A stretch of 64,000 bases of DNA. Source: Fidelibacterota bacterium (GTDB taxonomy: Bacteria > Fidelibacterota > Marinisomatia > Marinisomatales > Marinisomataceae). The position numbers and the translations under genes are program-made. Under the pieces are notes generated by a model. The model was not told the origin of the DNA. It ran no database searches and worked only from the letters and a program-made list of their open reading frames with translations. The DNA is taken from positions 1 to 64,000 of the forward strand of contig JABHGE010000021.1 in assembly GCA_018672235.1 (NCBI GenBank). Reading direction: 5' to 3'. Positions 41,583 through 52,176 of this stretch are shown piece after piece. Within the stretch, counting starts at the first letter, position 1, and each line of letters starts with the position of its first letter.

Positions 41583-42611
41583 ATGTTAACATCTCAATTT
41601 CTAATCGATGAAAAAGTATGCTGTGGTCGTGGCTGTAGGATGTGCCCTTATGAACCCAGACATATTAAAGGCAACACAGAGTTACAAAAAAGATGGGATA
41701 TGTCACAAAAATTATCGTATAATATTGCCATGAATAAGATTGGCATACCAATGATTGGGCTTGGTACTTGGCTCATTCCTAATGATAAAGTAGAACAAAT
41801 TTCTACTGATGCTCTAGAATTGGGATATCAACATATTGATACTGCTCAAATCTATCGCAATGAAGAAGGTATTGGTAAAGCGCTTGCGGCATCATCAACT
41901 CCAAGAGATAAAATTTTTATTACTACAAAGATGTGGCCAGGAATGTTTGGTCAAGAAGAGCCATTTCAAAATTTTAAAGGCGCAATCAGTGCTTGTGATG
42001 AGAGTCTTAAATTGCTCCAAGTAGATGAAATTGATTTATATTTAATTCATAATCCTTTTGCTAAAGAGAATCGATTAGAGCAATGGGAGGCAATGGTTGA
42101 ATTAAAAAAACAGGGTAAAGTAAAAAATATCGGAGTATCAAATTATAATGTAAAACATATTCAAGAAATTGAAATGGCTGGGGTTGAAATGCCCGTAGCA
42201 AATCAAATAGAAATTCATCCATGGCATGTTGTACGCACAGAATTAGCACAATACATGGATAAGCATGAAATATTACCGATTGCTTACTCATCATTAGCTC
42301 CAATTCCAAATTGGAGAGAAGGATCGCAGTGGAATGGAAAGCCTGAAGATATGAAAATCGGTGCGATTCCATGTCAAAATATTGCCGATCAATATGAAGT
42401 AACTGTTCCGCAATTATTTTTAAAGTGGGCGATACAGCTTGGATATCCAGTATTGCCTAAATCTGTACATTATAATCGCCTAAAAGAAAATTTAGATTTA
42501 GATCACTTTACTATATCTAGAGATGATGTTAAGGTGATATCTAAGATTGCAAAAGATAATCAAAAATGCTTGGCATGGTCTGGCGATTTTGATCCTATTG
42601 ATGTAGATTAA
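41583..42611 (+). CDS. Aldo/keto reductase with in-frame N-terminal Cys-rich (DUF5522-like) module; AKR may also start at 41730
   Basis: CCGRGCRMCPY at the N-terminus; GLGTW, IDTAQIY, DLYLIH, IGVSNY, LPKS. Confidence 0.85.
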   Translation: MLTSQFLIDEKVCCGRGCRMCPYEPRHIKGNTELQKRWDMSQKLSYNIAMNKIGIPMIGLGTWLIPNDKVEQISTDALELGYQHIDTAQIYRNEEGIGKALAASSTPRDKIFITTKMWPGMFGQEEPFQNFKGAISACDESLKLLQVDEIDLYLIHNPFAKENRLEQWEAMVELKKQGKVKNIGVSNYNVKHIQEIEMAGVEMPVANQIEIHPWHVVRTELAQYMDKHEILPIAYSSLAPIPNWREGSQWNGKPEDMKIGAIPCQNIADQYEVTVPQLFLKWAIQLGYPVLPKSVHYNRLKENLDLDHFTISRDDVKVISKIAKDNQKCLAWSGDFDPIDVD

Positions 42612-42614
42612 AAT

Positions 42615-43373
42615 ATGCCTAAATATAATCCTATCGTCGGAGATAAATGGAGATATAATCCAGAGAGTCCGGCTGCTTTCAAGTTAAGTCGAACTAAGAT
42701 TGAATTATTTTGTAAGTGTGAACGATGTTTCTACTTAGAAGTTCGCTTAGGATTTAGAGAGCCATCTGGTCCAGGCTGGGCTATTAATTCGGCAGTAGAT
42801 ACCCTATTAAAGAAAGAAATGGATTATTGTAGAAAAGAAGATAGACCTCATGGTCTTTTTAAAGAGTATAATTTGAATATTAAACCATTTCATCATCCTG
42901 ATATTGAACAATGGCAGAACTCATTTAAAGGTATTCAATATGTGCATCCTGATTTTAATCTATTAATATATGGCGGCGTCGATGACATTATGATTAATGA
43001 AAAAGAGGAATTAGTTGTTATCGATTTCAAAGCAACAGCAAAGCGCGCTACCATCAATTCTCGTGACGATGTTTGGGGTCGTGGCGTATCATATAAAAGA
43101 CAATTAGAAATTTATAGTTGGTTATTGCAAAAGAATGATTTTGACGTTTCAAAGATTGGCTATCTCATGTATTACAATGGAGATACGAATCAACCGCACT
43201 TAGGTAAAACAATGCAATTCAGAAGAACATTAGTAGAATTTCAATTAGATACTGACTGGATTGATAATACTGTAGAAGGTATGTTTAATTGTTTACAGAA
43301 CGATACTGCTCCAACGCTTGATAAGGAAGCATGTGAGCAATGTTTATATCGTGAAACATATCAAGATCTTTAA
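42615..43373 (+). CDS. PD-(D/E)XK nuclease (RecB/Cas4-like, stand-alone)
   Basis: LSRTKI..CERCFY, GGVDD...IDFK, QLEIY, C-terminal CEQC. Confidence 0.85.
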   Translation: MPKYNPIVGDKWRYNPESPAAFKLSRTKIELFCKCERCFYLEVRLGFREPSGPGWAINSAVDTLLKKEMDYCRKEDRPHGLFKEYNLNIKPFHHPDIEQWQNSFKGIQYVHPDFNLLIYGGVDDIMINEKEELVVIDFKATAKRATINSRDDVWGRGVSYKRQLEIYSWLLQKNDFDVSKIGYLMYYNGDTNQPHLGKTMQFRRTLVEFQLDTDWIDNTVEGMFNCLQNDTAPTLDKEACEQCLYRETYQDL

Positions 43374-44014
43374 TACATCCCTGTTGGTTTTTCATAAACA
43401 TGAACAATCTCAATCGCATCAGATCGTGACATACGCCCAGGATTTAACCCTAGTTCTCCTTCAGGAATAGGATGTCCTAATTCTTCATAATACTCCACCC
43501 AATGAACAAAAGGACTATCAGTACCAGGCTCATTGAATGTCATAGGTTTTAAAGAGAATAATTCCTGTGTATTATCTGCCTTTTTAAGCCCTTCATAAAT
43601 AATTTCAGAGCAATAATATGTATCATCATTTATATCAAAGATATAATCATATGGCTTACCATTTAAATCAGTTTGAATATATGCGATTGCATCTGGAATC
43701 ATATATTGATATTCATTTTTGAGACGTCCTACAAATACCTTGTTACTACGATTTAAAAAATCATGTAATGTTGTTTGAATGACAGTCTCTCCAATTGCTT
43801 CAGTGAGAATAGTATTATGATTGGAAGAGCCTATTGAGGTAATAATTGCACAATGCGATAGTTGAGCTCCTTGATACCCAGAAGTGACTGCTTCAATAGC
43901 TTGACATGGTGGTCCACAGTCTAAATCTTGAAAAAATATATCTCCAACCTGAAATGATTGTTTTGTACAACTAAAAAATAAAGGAATGAGAAAAAATAAT
44001 ATATATCGATTCAT
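43370..44014 (-). CDS. YiiX/YebB-like permuted NlpC/P60 cysteine hydrolase lipoprotein
   Basis: Lipobox FFSC; GDIFFQ, SHCAII, GKPYD, YYCSEII. Confidence 0.85.
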   Translation of the reverse strand: MNRYILFFLIPLFFSCTKQSFQVGDIFFQDLDCGPPCQAIEAVTSGYQGAQLSHCAIITSIGSSNHNTILTEAIGETVIQTTLHDFLNRSNKVFVGRLKNEYQYMIPDAIAYIQTDLNGKPYDYIFDINDDTYYCSEIIYEGLKKADNTQELFSLKPMTFNEPGTDSPFVHWVEYYEELGHPIPEGELGLNPGRMSRSDAIEIVHVYEKPTGMY

Positions 44015-44020
44015 ACAATA

Positions 44021-44353
44021 CTAAATATTGTCAATAATCTTAACTTCTCTGCCTGTATACTCATATCGTTCAAGATCAGGCCACGCTTTTGCTACATCAT
44101 GCCAATTATCAGATTTGCCAAATTCAGTACTTCGTCTTTCCATTGCTACGGTATACTCTTCTTCTGAATGGAACCATAATTCAGCCATTCCACAGCATCC
44201 GTTTTCAAGATCTTCTTCAAAAAATGTAAGTACATATTTTTGAGGCTTTAAAACCTTTACCATATGGGGAGCATGAATGTTTTCCCAATGATCAAAAAAA
44301 TTAGAACGTTTTACATCTCTTCTATTTTGAATAAAAAGTATTTTTTTTATCAT
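44021..44353 (-). CDS. EthD-like dimeric alpha/beta-barrel protein
   Basis: FFDHWENIHAP and GMAELWF; AAGGAG RBS before ATG at 44353. Confidence 0.7.
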   Translation of the reverse strand: MIKKILFIQNRRDVKRSNFFDHWENIHAPHMVKVLKPQKYVLTFFEEDLENGCCGMAELWFHSEEEYTVAMERRSTEFGKSDNWHDVAKAWPDLERYEYTGREVKIIDNI

Positions 44354-44465
44354 AATTATCTCCTTGTTATACATAAAAATAACATCTTTTTTTTACTAAC
44401 AACATTATTATTTAGTTATTACATTTTATAATAACCAATAATAGTACTTTAAGATGGAGATTTCT

Positions 44466-46829
44466 ATGATCAAAAAAATTATTGCTATAGCTTTAGCAGT
44501 ATCAACTATTTATCCCCAAGTCAATCTTGACAAATTTAAACAGTTAAATGAAGATATTACTACCCCTAACACTTACAGGACTGCAGCGGGCTATCCTGGA
44601 CATGACTATTGGCAACAAGAAGCAGATTATGATATGAATCTTGTTATTGATGATGAAAATCAAAGACTCTACGGAGAAGAGACAATTACATTTCATAATA
44701 ACTCACCAGATCAGCTTAGTTACTTATGGGTACAATTGGATCAAAATGTGAGAGCGTTAGATTCTGATAGCTACAAGATACAATCTTCTGGTGACTTTGG
44801 AGCGCAACGTGGGCGTGAAAAAATGACAGTAGGAGAATCTATTCCTTTGAGTACACTTGAAAATTTCTACAGAGATTTTGATGGTGGATTTAAAATTGAA
44901 CATGTAAAAGATGGACTAAATAGAGATTTACCATATATCATCAATAAAACAATGATGCGCATAGATTTACCAACACCGTTGCGCGCAGGACAGTCTTATA
45001 AATTTAAAATTAAATGGTGGTATAATATTAATGACCATATTAGAGATGGCGGAAGATCTGGATATGAATATTTTGAAGAAGATGATAATTATATCTATAC
45101 CATCGCACAATTCTTCCCACGCATGTGTATGTATAATGACATATACGGCTGGCAAAATAAACAGTTTTTAGGTCGAGGAGAATTCACATTAATTTTTGGA
45201 GACTATGATGTCAAAATTACGGTACCAGCTGATCATGTATTGGGTGCTACTGGTGTATTACAAAATCCGCAGCTAGTACTAACTAAAGATCAGATGGCTA
45301 GATTACAAGAGTCTAAAAGTGCTGACGAGCCTGTAAAAATTGTCACAAATTCTGAAGCATTAGAAAATGAAAAAACTCATTCCGAAGAAACAAAAACATG
45401 GCACTTCAAGGCAGAAAATGTTCGAGACTACGCTTTTGCTACATCGAGAAAATATATATGGGACGCTATTGGTGTTGAGGTTGGTGACAATACAGTTATG
45501 GCAATGTCATATTATCCAAATGAAGCAGAACCTTTGTGGGGACAATATTCTACAAAAGCTGTAGCACATACAGTAGAAGTCTATTCAAAGTATACATTTG
45601 ATTATCCATATCCAGTAGCAATCTCAGCCCATATTGATAGAATGGGAATGGAATACCCAATGATTTGTTTTAATGGATATAGACCTGAAGATGATGGAAC
45701 CTACTCTGAGCGTACAAAAAAAGGCTTAATTGGAGTAATTATCCATGAAGTAGGACATTTTTGGTTTCCTATGATTGTTAATTCTGATGAAAGACAATGG
45801 ACGTGGATGGATGAAGGTCTTAATTCTTTTATGGATGATATAGCAGGAAGAGAATGGGATACAGAATTATTTCACCCATCAAAGAATACTGAGTATATCA
45901 TCAACTACATGAAAGGCGATAAATCCAATATTATGCCAATCATGACTAATTCTGAATCAATATATCAATTTGGAGCAAATGCTTATGGAAAGCCAACTCT
46001 TGCCTTAAATATATTAAGAGACACAATCATGGGACGTGAGTTATTTGATTATGCATTTAAAGAATATTCTAAAACATGGATGTTTAAACATCCGACCCCA
46101 ACAGACTTCTTCAGAATTATGGAGAATGCATCTGCGGTAGATTTAGATTGGTTTTGGAGAGGATGGTTCTTTAGTAACGATCATGTTGATCTATCCATTG
46201 AATCTGTTGACTGGTATCAACTTGAAATGGATCCAGAAGAACAAAAATCATATAAGAAAGAAGCGGATAATAAGAGTCAATATTATAGCGCAATGCTTGA
46301 TGAGGAAGATATTGAATCAACAGTAACAGATCGTGATCCAGCAACTAGAGATTTTTATGATGATTATGATAAAAATAAGGTTACCAAAAAAGATAAAAAA
46401 CAATACCGTGAATTCATGGATGATTTGTCAGAAAAAGAGAGTGAGTTAATCGATAAGAATGACCATTTTTATTCTGTAAAATTTTCTGATAATGGCGGTA
46501 TAATTATGCCAATTATTCTTGAATTTGAATATGAAGACGGAGATAAGGAAGTGATTACAATTCCAGTAGAAATATGGAGATTCAATAGAGGCGAAGTAAC
46601 AAAAGTCTTTAAGACAGAAAAGCCTATTAAAAACATGACGTTAGATCCACATTTTCAAATTGCTGATGTTGAAAGAAGTAATAATCATTGGCCTGAAAAA
46701 AGACAGCCTACACGATTTGAAACATATAAATCTGAAGGTTGGGGTGGAAGTAGCAATCTAATGCAGCGTGTACGTGACGATGCTGCAACTCCGGATGCTG
46801 CAACCCCTGATGTTGATTCTACTGAATAA
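44466..46829 (+). CDS. Secreted M1 family aminopeptidase
   Basis: GMEYPMI, HEVGH...WMDEG; signal peptide. Confidence 0.92.
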   Translation: MIKKIIAIALAVSTIYPQVNLDKFKQLNEDITTPNTYRTAAGYPGHDYWQQEADYDMNLVIDDENQRLYGEETITFHNNSPDQLSYLWVQLDQNVRALDSDSYKIQSSGDFGAQRGREKMTVGESIPLSTLENFYRDFDGGFKIEHVKDGLNRDLPYIINKTMMRIDLPTPLRAGQSYKFKIKWWYNINDHIRDGGRSGYEYFEEDDNYIYTIAQFFPRMCMYNDIYGWQNKQFLGRGEFTLIFGDYDVKITVPADHVLGATGVLQNPQLVLTKDQMARLQESKSADEPVKIVTNSEALENEKTHSEETKTWHFKAENVRDYAFATSRKYIWDAIGVEVGDNTVMAMSYYPNEAEPLWGQYSTKAVAHTVEVYSKYTFDYPYPVAISAHIDRMGMEYPMICFNGYRPEDDGTYSERTKKGLIGVIIHEVGHFWFPMIVNSDERQWTWMDEGLNSFMDDIAGREWDTELFHPSKNTEYIINYMKGDKSNIMPIMTNSESIYQFGANAYGKPTLALNILRDTIMGRELFDYAFKEYSKTWMFKHPTPTDFFRIMENASAVDLDWFWRGWFFSNDHVDLSIESVDWYQLEMDPEEQKSYKKEADNKSQYYSAMLDEEDIESTVTDRDPATRDFYDDYDKNKVTKKDKKQYREFMDDLSEKESELIDKNDHFYSVKFSDNGGIIMPIILEFEYEDGDKEVITIPVEIWRFNRGEVTKVFKTEKPIKNMTLDPHFQIADVERSNNHWPEKRQPTRFETYKSEGWGGSSNLMQRVRDDAATPDAATPDVDSTE

Positions 46830-46832
46830 GAA

Positions 46833-47318
46833 ATGCATTTTACTTCAAAGATAATCGGTTCAATATTTTTATTGAGCATACTTTTTGCGCATAAATTTTT
46901 TATATCTACAACAGATATACAAATTAAGCCCGAAGAAGAAAGAGCTGAAATCACTATTCAAGTATTTAGCCACGATGTGTATTTATTGTTAGAAAATGCT
47001 AACTATAAAACAATAAATGTGGGTACCGAAAAAGAAGGTGATGATATTGATATATTTCTAGTTAATTATCTATCTGATAATTTTATGGTTCAAGACTATA
47101 GATGGAAATATGTTGGTAAAGAGATTGGTTTAGAGTATACAGTTTTCTTTTTAGAGATAGATAATTTTTCTCCATCTTCTAATGTTGCTATACTGAATTC
47201 TCTATTTATGGATTTATATAACGAGCAACGCAATATTGTACATTTTTATAATGGGAGTGTTCTACAATCTGCAAGCATGACAAACAATGAACCAGTTTTT
47301 GCGTTTAGCTTTCAGTAG
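46833..47318 (+). CDS. DUF6702-like secreted protein
   Basis: AHKFFIS after the signal peptide, EQRNIVH; adjacent to the M1 peptidase. Confidence 0.7.
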   Translation: MHFTSKIIGSIFLLSILFAHKFFISTTDIQIKPEEERAEITIQVFSHDVYLLLENANYKTINVGTEKEGDDIDIFLVNYLSDNFMVQDYRWKYVGKEIGLEYTVFFLEIDNFSPSSNVAILNSLFMDLYNEQRNIVHFYNGSVLQSASMTNNEPVFAFSFQ

Positions 47319-48147
47319 TAATTTGATTGCCCATAACCCAGATTAGAATACCACCTGCCATCATTGCAATACATAGCAGTTGACCCATACTGAGACTAAA
47401 TAATATAAAGCCTAAGTGAGCATCTGGTTCACGGAAAAACTCAATAAAGAATCTGAAAAATCCATACCCAAAGACATATAGACCACTATTAAAGCCTAGT
47501 TGTTTATGTCTATTGAAATAGTTAATGATCAAAAATAATACGATACCCTCAAAAAATGCTTCATATAGCTGGGAAGGATGTCTTAGTTGGTAATCTCCAG
47601 CATTCATAAAATACATTCCAATAGCAGATTCTGTAGTACGGCCATATAACTCTCCATTGATGAAGTTGCCTATTCTTCCAAAGAAATATCCCAATGGAAT
47701 AGAGGCTGTTAAAAAATCAGCTAAAGTAAATAAATGCAAACTCACTTGTCGACCATAAAGCCATATAGCAACGATAACTCCGATTAATCCTCCATGATAT
47801 GACATGCCCGCAATACCTGTAAATTTCCACACACCATTTTGTATAGAGAATGGTAATAAAATTTCAAGTGGATTTGATAGATAATAATCTAGATTGTAAA
47901 ACAGTACATAGCCTAGACGCGCTCCAATCAATAATCCAATTAATATCCATGACATTAAATCCTCTAACTGGACTAGATTAATTTTAGTAAAGGTTTTATT
48001 TTTAATCTTTCTGCTGGATAGTAGATATACTACACCAAAGGCTACAAGATACATGGTAGAGTACCAATAAATTGATAGTGGCCCAATTGTTAATAGAGTA
48101 GGGTCCATTTTTGCAGGCAATGTTTGCCACCATAGTATAAAGTCCAT
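47305..48147 (-). CDS. lgt: Prolipoprotein diacylglyceryl transferase
   Basis: GARLGYVLFY, GMSYHGG, GRIGNFINGELYGR, HPSQLYE. Confidence 0.96.
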   Translation of the reverse strand: MDFILWWQTLPAKMDPTLLTIGPLSIYWYSTMYLVAFGVVYLLSSRKIKNKTFTKINLVQLEDLMSWILIGLLIGARLGYVLFYNLDYYLSNPLEILLPFSIQNGVWKFTGIAGMSYHGGLIGVIVAIWLYGRQVSLHLFTLADFLTASIPLGYFFGRIGNFINGELYGRTTESAIGMYFMNAGDYQLRHPSQLYEAFFEGIVLFLIINYFNRHKQLGFNSGLYVFGYGFFRFFIEFFREPDAHLGFILFSLSMGQLLCIAMMAGGILIWVMGNQITTES

Positions 48148-48209
48148 ACCATAAGGTACAAAAAATACTTTGTAACCTAAAAAAAAATATATAACCTAGA
48201 GATAGTATT

Positions 48210-48734
48210 ATGATTTTATCAGGAAAAGAAATTATCGAAAGAAAAGGAAAGGATATTGTAATAGATCCTTTCAACGAAAATCAAGTTAATCCCAATAGTT
48301 ATAATCTAAGATTGCATAATGAATTAGTAGTATATGACAATCCTGTTCTGGATATGAAAGAAGATAATCCTGCAACAAAGATTATGATTCCAGAAGACGG
48401 TTTATTGCTAGAAAGTAAAAAACTATATCTTGGAAGAACAATGGAATATACAGAGACAAATAACCTTGTTCCGATGCTAGAGGGGAGATCCTCTGTTGGG
48501 CGATTAGGTTTATTTGTACATATTACAGCAGGCTTTGGAGATGTAGGATTTAAGGGATATTGGACATTAGAAATTTTTTGTGTGCAACCAATAAAAATTT
48601 ATCCTTCTATAGAAATTTGCCAAATTTTTTATCATTCAGTTGAAGGTGATTATACTCCATATCAGAGCGGTAAATATCAAGGCAATCGAGATATCCAGAC
48701 TAGTATGCTTTACAAAGACTTCAAAAAGAAGTAA
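48210..48734 (+). CDS. dcd: dCTP deaminase
   Basis: [34 protein letters not shown]. Confidence 0.93.
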   Translation: MILSGKEIIERKGKDIVIDPFNENQVNPNSYNLRLHNELVVYDNPVLDMKEDNPATKIMIPEDGLLLESKKLYLGRTMEYTETNNLVPMLEGRSSVGRLGLFVHITAGFGDVGFKGYWTLEIFCVQPIKIYPSIEICQIFYHSVEGDYTPYQSGKYQGNRDIQTSMLYKDFKKK

Positions 48735-48738
48735 TTGT

Positions 48739-48978
48739 ATGCAAAATATCCCCTCCTTATTTTTTGTAGCACTTATTAGGGGGTATCAAATATTTTTATC
48801 ACCATTATTAGGATCAAACTGTAGATATCAACCAACTTGTTCCCATTATGCCATTGAGGTTATTAAGGAATGGGGATCTTTTAAGGGAAGTGCGTTAGCA
48901 TTAAAAAGAATATTAAAATGTCATCCTTGGTCAGAGAGTGGTTACGATCCTATTCCAAGGAAAAAAAGGAATAAATAA
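48739..48978 (+). CDS. yidD: Membrane protein insertion efficiency factor YidD
   Basis: [24 protein letters not shown]. Confidence 0.92.
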   Translation: MQNIPSLFFVALIRGYQIFLSPLLGSNCRYQPTCSHYAIEVIKEWGSFKGSALALKRILKCHPWSESGYDPIPRKKRNK

Positions 48979-48980
48979 GT

Positions 48981-49685
48981 ATGTATGAATGGATTACATT
49001 TTTAGAAACAACCCTGAATAATAATTTTACATTTTCGGTCATTTTTGTATTAGGGATGTTTCATGCGCTAGAGCCAGGTCATGGAAAGACTTTAATTCTG
49101 GCTTATATGTCGGGAGGGTCAATGCGTTTTTTTGGTGCAGCACAATTAATATCTGGACTGATTTTCATACATTTTTTATTATTTTCTTTCTTAGCCTTCT
49201 TACTTAGAGCAGGAAATGATACATTCCCTATATTGTCTACTATTGGACCCTCTTTTATTATTTGTTTAGGACTATATTTATTATATAGGGCACTAAAAGA
49301 AGTTCGACATGAACATGATAATAATTGCGATGAACCAATACACTTTCATTTTAATGAATCTAAATTTTCAAGTCCATTTGTCACTGGAATGGTTGCCGGG
49401 TTAATTCCATGTCCATCTGCTATTGCTGTACTCTTGATTGCTTCAACTAAGTTTAGCAATGATAACGTAACGCTTTATTCTAGTATTATGATTTATGTTC
49501 TAGGAATTGCTTTAACGTTGGTAGGAATTATGGTACTTTTTTTAATGTTTAAAGAAAGGTTTCGCGATCGTTTAAACTCAGTTAATCAAAATTTTAATAC
49601 CAATCTAATAGCCGCTTCTTTAATTATCTTAATTGGAATATTGTATCTTGTATTAAGCTTATTCGGTGCAGGGCATCAACATTAA
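48981..49685 (+). CDS. Nickel/cobalt transporter (RcnA/NiCoT-like)
   Basis: HALEPGHGK, His-containing loop, GLIPCPSA. Confidence 0.82.
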   Translation: MYEWITFLETTLNNNFTFSVIFVLGMFHALEPGHGKTLILAYMSGGSMRFFGAAQLISGLIFIHFLLFSFLAFLLRAGNDTFPILSTIGPSFIICLGLYLLYRALKEVRHEHDNNCDEPIHFHFNESKFSSPFVTGMVAGLIPCPSAIAVLLIASTKFSNDNVTLYSSIMIYVLGIALTLVGIMVLFLMFKERFRDRLNSVNQNFNTNLIAASLIILIGILYLVLSLFGAGHQH

Positions 49686-50197
49686 TTGTGTAAAATTTTT
49701 ACAAACTGCTCTCTTTTATAACCAAAACTAGTTAGTTCTGTTAAGATAGTTTGATATAATGTTTCATCCATCACAGTATCTCTACACATAATCCAACCCA
49801 TTTTATTCCCAGGATAACCTACTGCCATATAGTTATAATTATCATCTATTAGAATAATCTTAAACGGAAATTTTAAAAAAGGGATATAGGGTTTCTTCAT
49901 TTGTATGGACCATTCTGCGTTAGTTTTCTTATTAACGATAGTCCCTTTTTGTTTAATTTGCTTTTTTGTACCATCTTTGATTGCATCGTAGGTAATATCA
50001 ATTGTTCCATCAGTATTGACCTCATAAATATCCGATGCATTGCTAGCACCATTTTCTATCATATTAGGTACAATTGCTGTGACAAACCATTTTCCTGAAA
50101 AACGTTCCATGTCCACGTATTCTACAGTCTTCATTTGATCCCCTTCTTGTGCATGTAGGCTGCTGATATACATCAGCATGATTACTAAAACTCTCAT
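49682..50197 (-). CDS. Lipocalin family protein (Blc-like)
   Basis: VDMERFSGKWF, WIMCRD. Confidence 0.82.
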   Translation of the reverse strand: MRVLVIMLMYISSLHAQEGDQMKTVEYVDMERFSGKWFVTAIVPNMIENGASNASDIYEVNTDGTIDITYDAIKDGTKKQIKQKGTIVNKKTNAEWSIQMKKPYIPFLKFPFKIILIDDNYNYMAVGYPGNKMGWIMCRDTVMDETLYQTILTELTSFGYKREQFVKILHN

Positions 50198-50545
50198 TTA
50201 AATAACATAACCTATTTTTTTATATAATGTCGCTAGACCAAAATATAATACTACCATGATTATCACAGAAAATGTAAGGCTAATACTGAATGATATATTT
50301 TTCTTTAAAAAGTATGGCAGAGTAAGAAAAAACGATAAAGAGGGTATAATCATTGAAAAGACACTATAAGAAAAAGATATAATTCTTTCTATGTCACGGG
50401 TTTCAATATAAATCCAAATGATAGATAGTAGTGAGATAAGCGGTAGAGACACAATGATGGCACCTACAAGAGTATCTCTTTTTGCAATTTCAGATGCAAT
50501 AAAGATAATAAGAGCTGAAACGATGATTTTAGTTGCATTAAACAT
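50198..50545 (-). CDS. DUF3147-like membrane protein
   Basis: KIIVSALII..ASEIAKR...GAIIVSLPLISLLS. Confidence 0.7.
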   Translation of the reverse strand: MFNATKIIVSALIIFIASEIAKRDTLVGAIIVSLPLISLLSIIWIYIETRDIERIISFSYSVFSMIIPSLSFFLTLPYFLKKNISFSISLTFSVIIMVVLYFGLATLYKKIGYVI

Positions 50546-50598
50546 ATATTTTTTAAAAGATTGTGTATAATAATCTAAAGAAAAAAAGTAAGGAATAC

Positions 50599-51393
50599 AT
50601 GGACTTAACAAATATTTATATTGGATTTGCTTTAGCAACTTTTGCTGGACTTAGTACTGGTATTGGAAGTCTACTAGGATTATACTCAAAGTTTGAGAAT
50701 AAGAGATTGCTATCATTAGCGCTTGGATTTTCAGCGGGGGTAATGATTTATGTTTCATTTATGGAGCTATTACTACTCTCTTTTGAGTCACTCTCAGGCA
50801 TATATGGAAATACTTATGGCCAATTAATTGGCGTGACGTCCTTTATTTCAGGTCTATTGGTTATGTTATTCATTGATCAGTTATTTGATCATCATTCAAT
50901 TGCAGATTTTATATCACGATCATCAAACAAAGATGAAACATTGCTAGTACGCACAGGAGTTTTTTCTGCAATCGCTTTAGCCATTCATAATTTTCCGGAA
51001 GGATTTGCAACATTTACAGCAGCTGTCTATGATCCGACCGTTGGAGTAACCCTTGCGATAGCTATTGCAATCCATAATATTCCTGAAGGATTAGCAGTAT
51101 CAGTACCTATTTATTATGCTACAAAAAATAAGAGTAAAGCATTTTGGATATCGTTTGCTTCTGGGCTTGCTGAGCCATTAGGTGCAGTCATTGGATTTTT
51201 GATTTTCCGCACAGTATACAATGAAGCATTGTTTGGAATATCTTTTGCTCTATGTGCAGGTATTATGATTTATGTATCTTTAAATGAGTTGCTACCTGTT
51301 GCAAAAGAGTACGGGAAACCTAGCGATCCTATTATGGGAGTAACTGCTGGAATTATTGTAATGTCAATTAGTCTAATACTAATGTATGCCTAG
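50599..51393 (+). CDS. zupT: ZIP family zinc transporter ZupT
   Basis: GFSAGVMIYVS, HNFPEG, HNIPEG, SGLAEP. Confidence 0.92.
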   Translation: MDLTNIYIGFALATFAGLSTGIGSLLGLYSKFENKRLLSLALGFSAGVMIYVSFMELLLLSFESLSGIYGNTYGQLIGVTSFISGLLVMLFIDQLFDHHSIADFISRSSNKDETLLVRTGVFSAIALAIHNFPEGFATFTAAVYDPTVGVTLAIAIAIHNIPEGLAVSVPIYYATKNKSKAFWISFASGLAEPLGAVIGFLIFRTVYNEALFGISFALCAGIMIYVSLNELLPVAKEYGKPSDPIMGVTAGIIVMSISLILMYA

Positions 51394-51403
51394 TTTACTG
51401 TCT

Positions 51404-52000
51404 TTATAGTAAATCAGTAATTTCTTTAGAAAGCGGCTTTACTTTTGAATCAAAAAAAGCTATTAATTCTCCGTTCTCATCCACCAAATACTTACAGAAA
51501 TTCCATGTAGGTTTTTGATCGTTCCATCCATTAAGCTCTGAATCACTAAGCCAAGTATAAACGGAGCTTTGCTTCCTACCTTTAGTTGTAATTTTTTCAA
51601 ACATTTGAAATGTGACACCAAAAACAGTTTCACAAAATTCTGCTATAGACTCATTACTTCCTGGCTCTTGAAAGAGAAAATCATTTGCAGGAAATCCTAA
51701 AACAACCACTTTATCTCCATATAAATCATTCAGCTTTTGCATGCCTTCATATTGATAAGTGTAGCCACATTTTGTTGCAACATTCACAATCAAGACTTTC
51801 TTTCCTTTGTATTGTTCAAAAGAAATTTCCTCTTGATCCATGGATATGGCCTTTAGATCATAAAAACTTGCCGTAGACATAGATTTTTCAGAGCTTTTTT
51901 TTGTTATTCTCTTATAAGAGAACCCACTTAATAGAATCATGAAAGAGAATCCTATCAGCGTTATTATCATATAATGGTATGGAAGAAATATTTTTATCAT
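51404..52000 (-). CDS. Glutathione peroxidase (Cys type) with N-terminal hydrophobic segment
   Basis: NVATKCG, LGFPANDF..QEPG, WNFCKYL; AAGGA RBS before ATG at 52000. Confidence 0.9.
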   Translation of the reverse strand: MIKIFLPYHYMIITLIGFSFMILLSGFSYKRITKKSSEKSMSTASFYDLKAISMDQEEISFEQYKGKKVLIVNVATKCGYTYQYEGMQKLNDLYGDKVVVLGFPANDFLFQEPGSNESIAEFCETVFGVTFQMFEKITTKGRKQSSVYTWLSDSELNGWNDQKPTWNFCKYLVDENGELIAFFDSKVKPLSKEITDLL

Positions 52001-52176
52001 AATTATCCTTAAATGTTTAGATATTCTAATATGTATTTTATACAAAAAAAAGAACTATCTGAAACAGCAATTTGGATAGGAGATCATTTTGAAGAGATAT
52101 TTGTTTGGTTTTGTGTATTGTGTCTTTTTTTATCTTTTTTATTTATAGCTAAGCTATATTTCAACCGATATCGCAC

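Noticed and set aside
42615..43373. CRISPR-associated Cas4
   Set aside because: No cas1/cas2 or array nearby; treated as a stand-alone PD-(D/E)XK nuclease
46779..46813. 15-bp tandem repeat (DAATP x2) at the M1 peptidase C-terminus
   Set aside because: Short in-frame duplication in a disordered tail; no evidence of function
51404..52045. Selenocysteine glutathione peroxidase; longer TTG-start ORF
   Set aside because: Active-site codon is TGT (Cys); ATG at 52000 has an RBS, so the extension is unsupported
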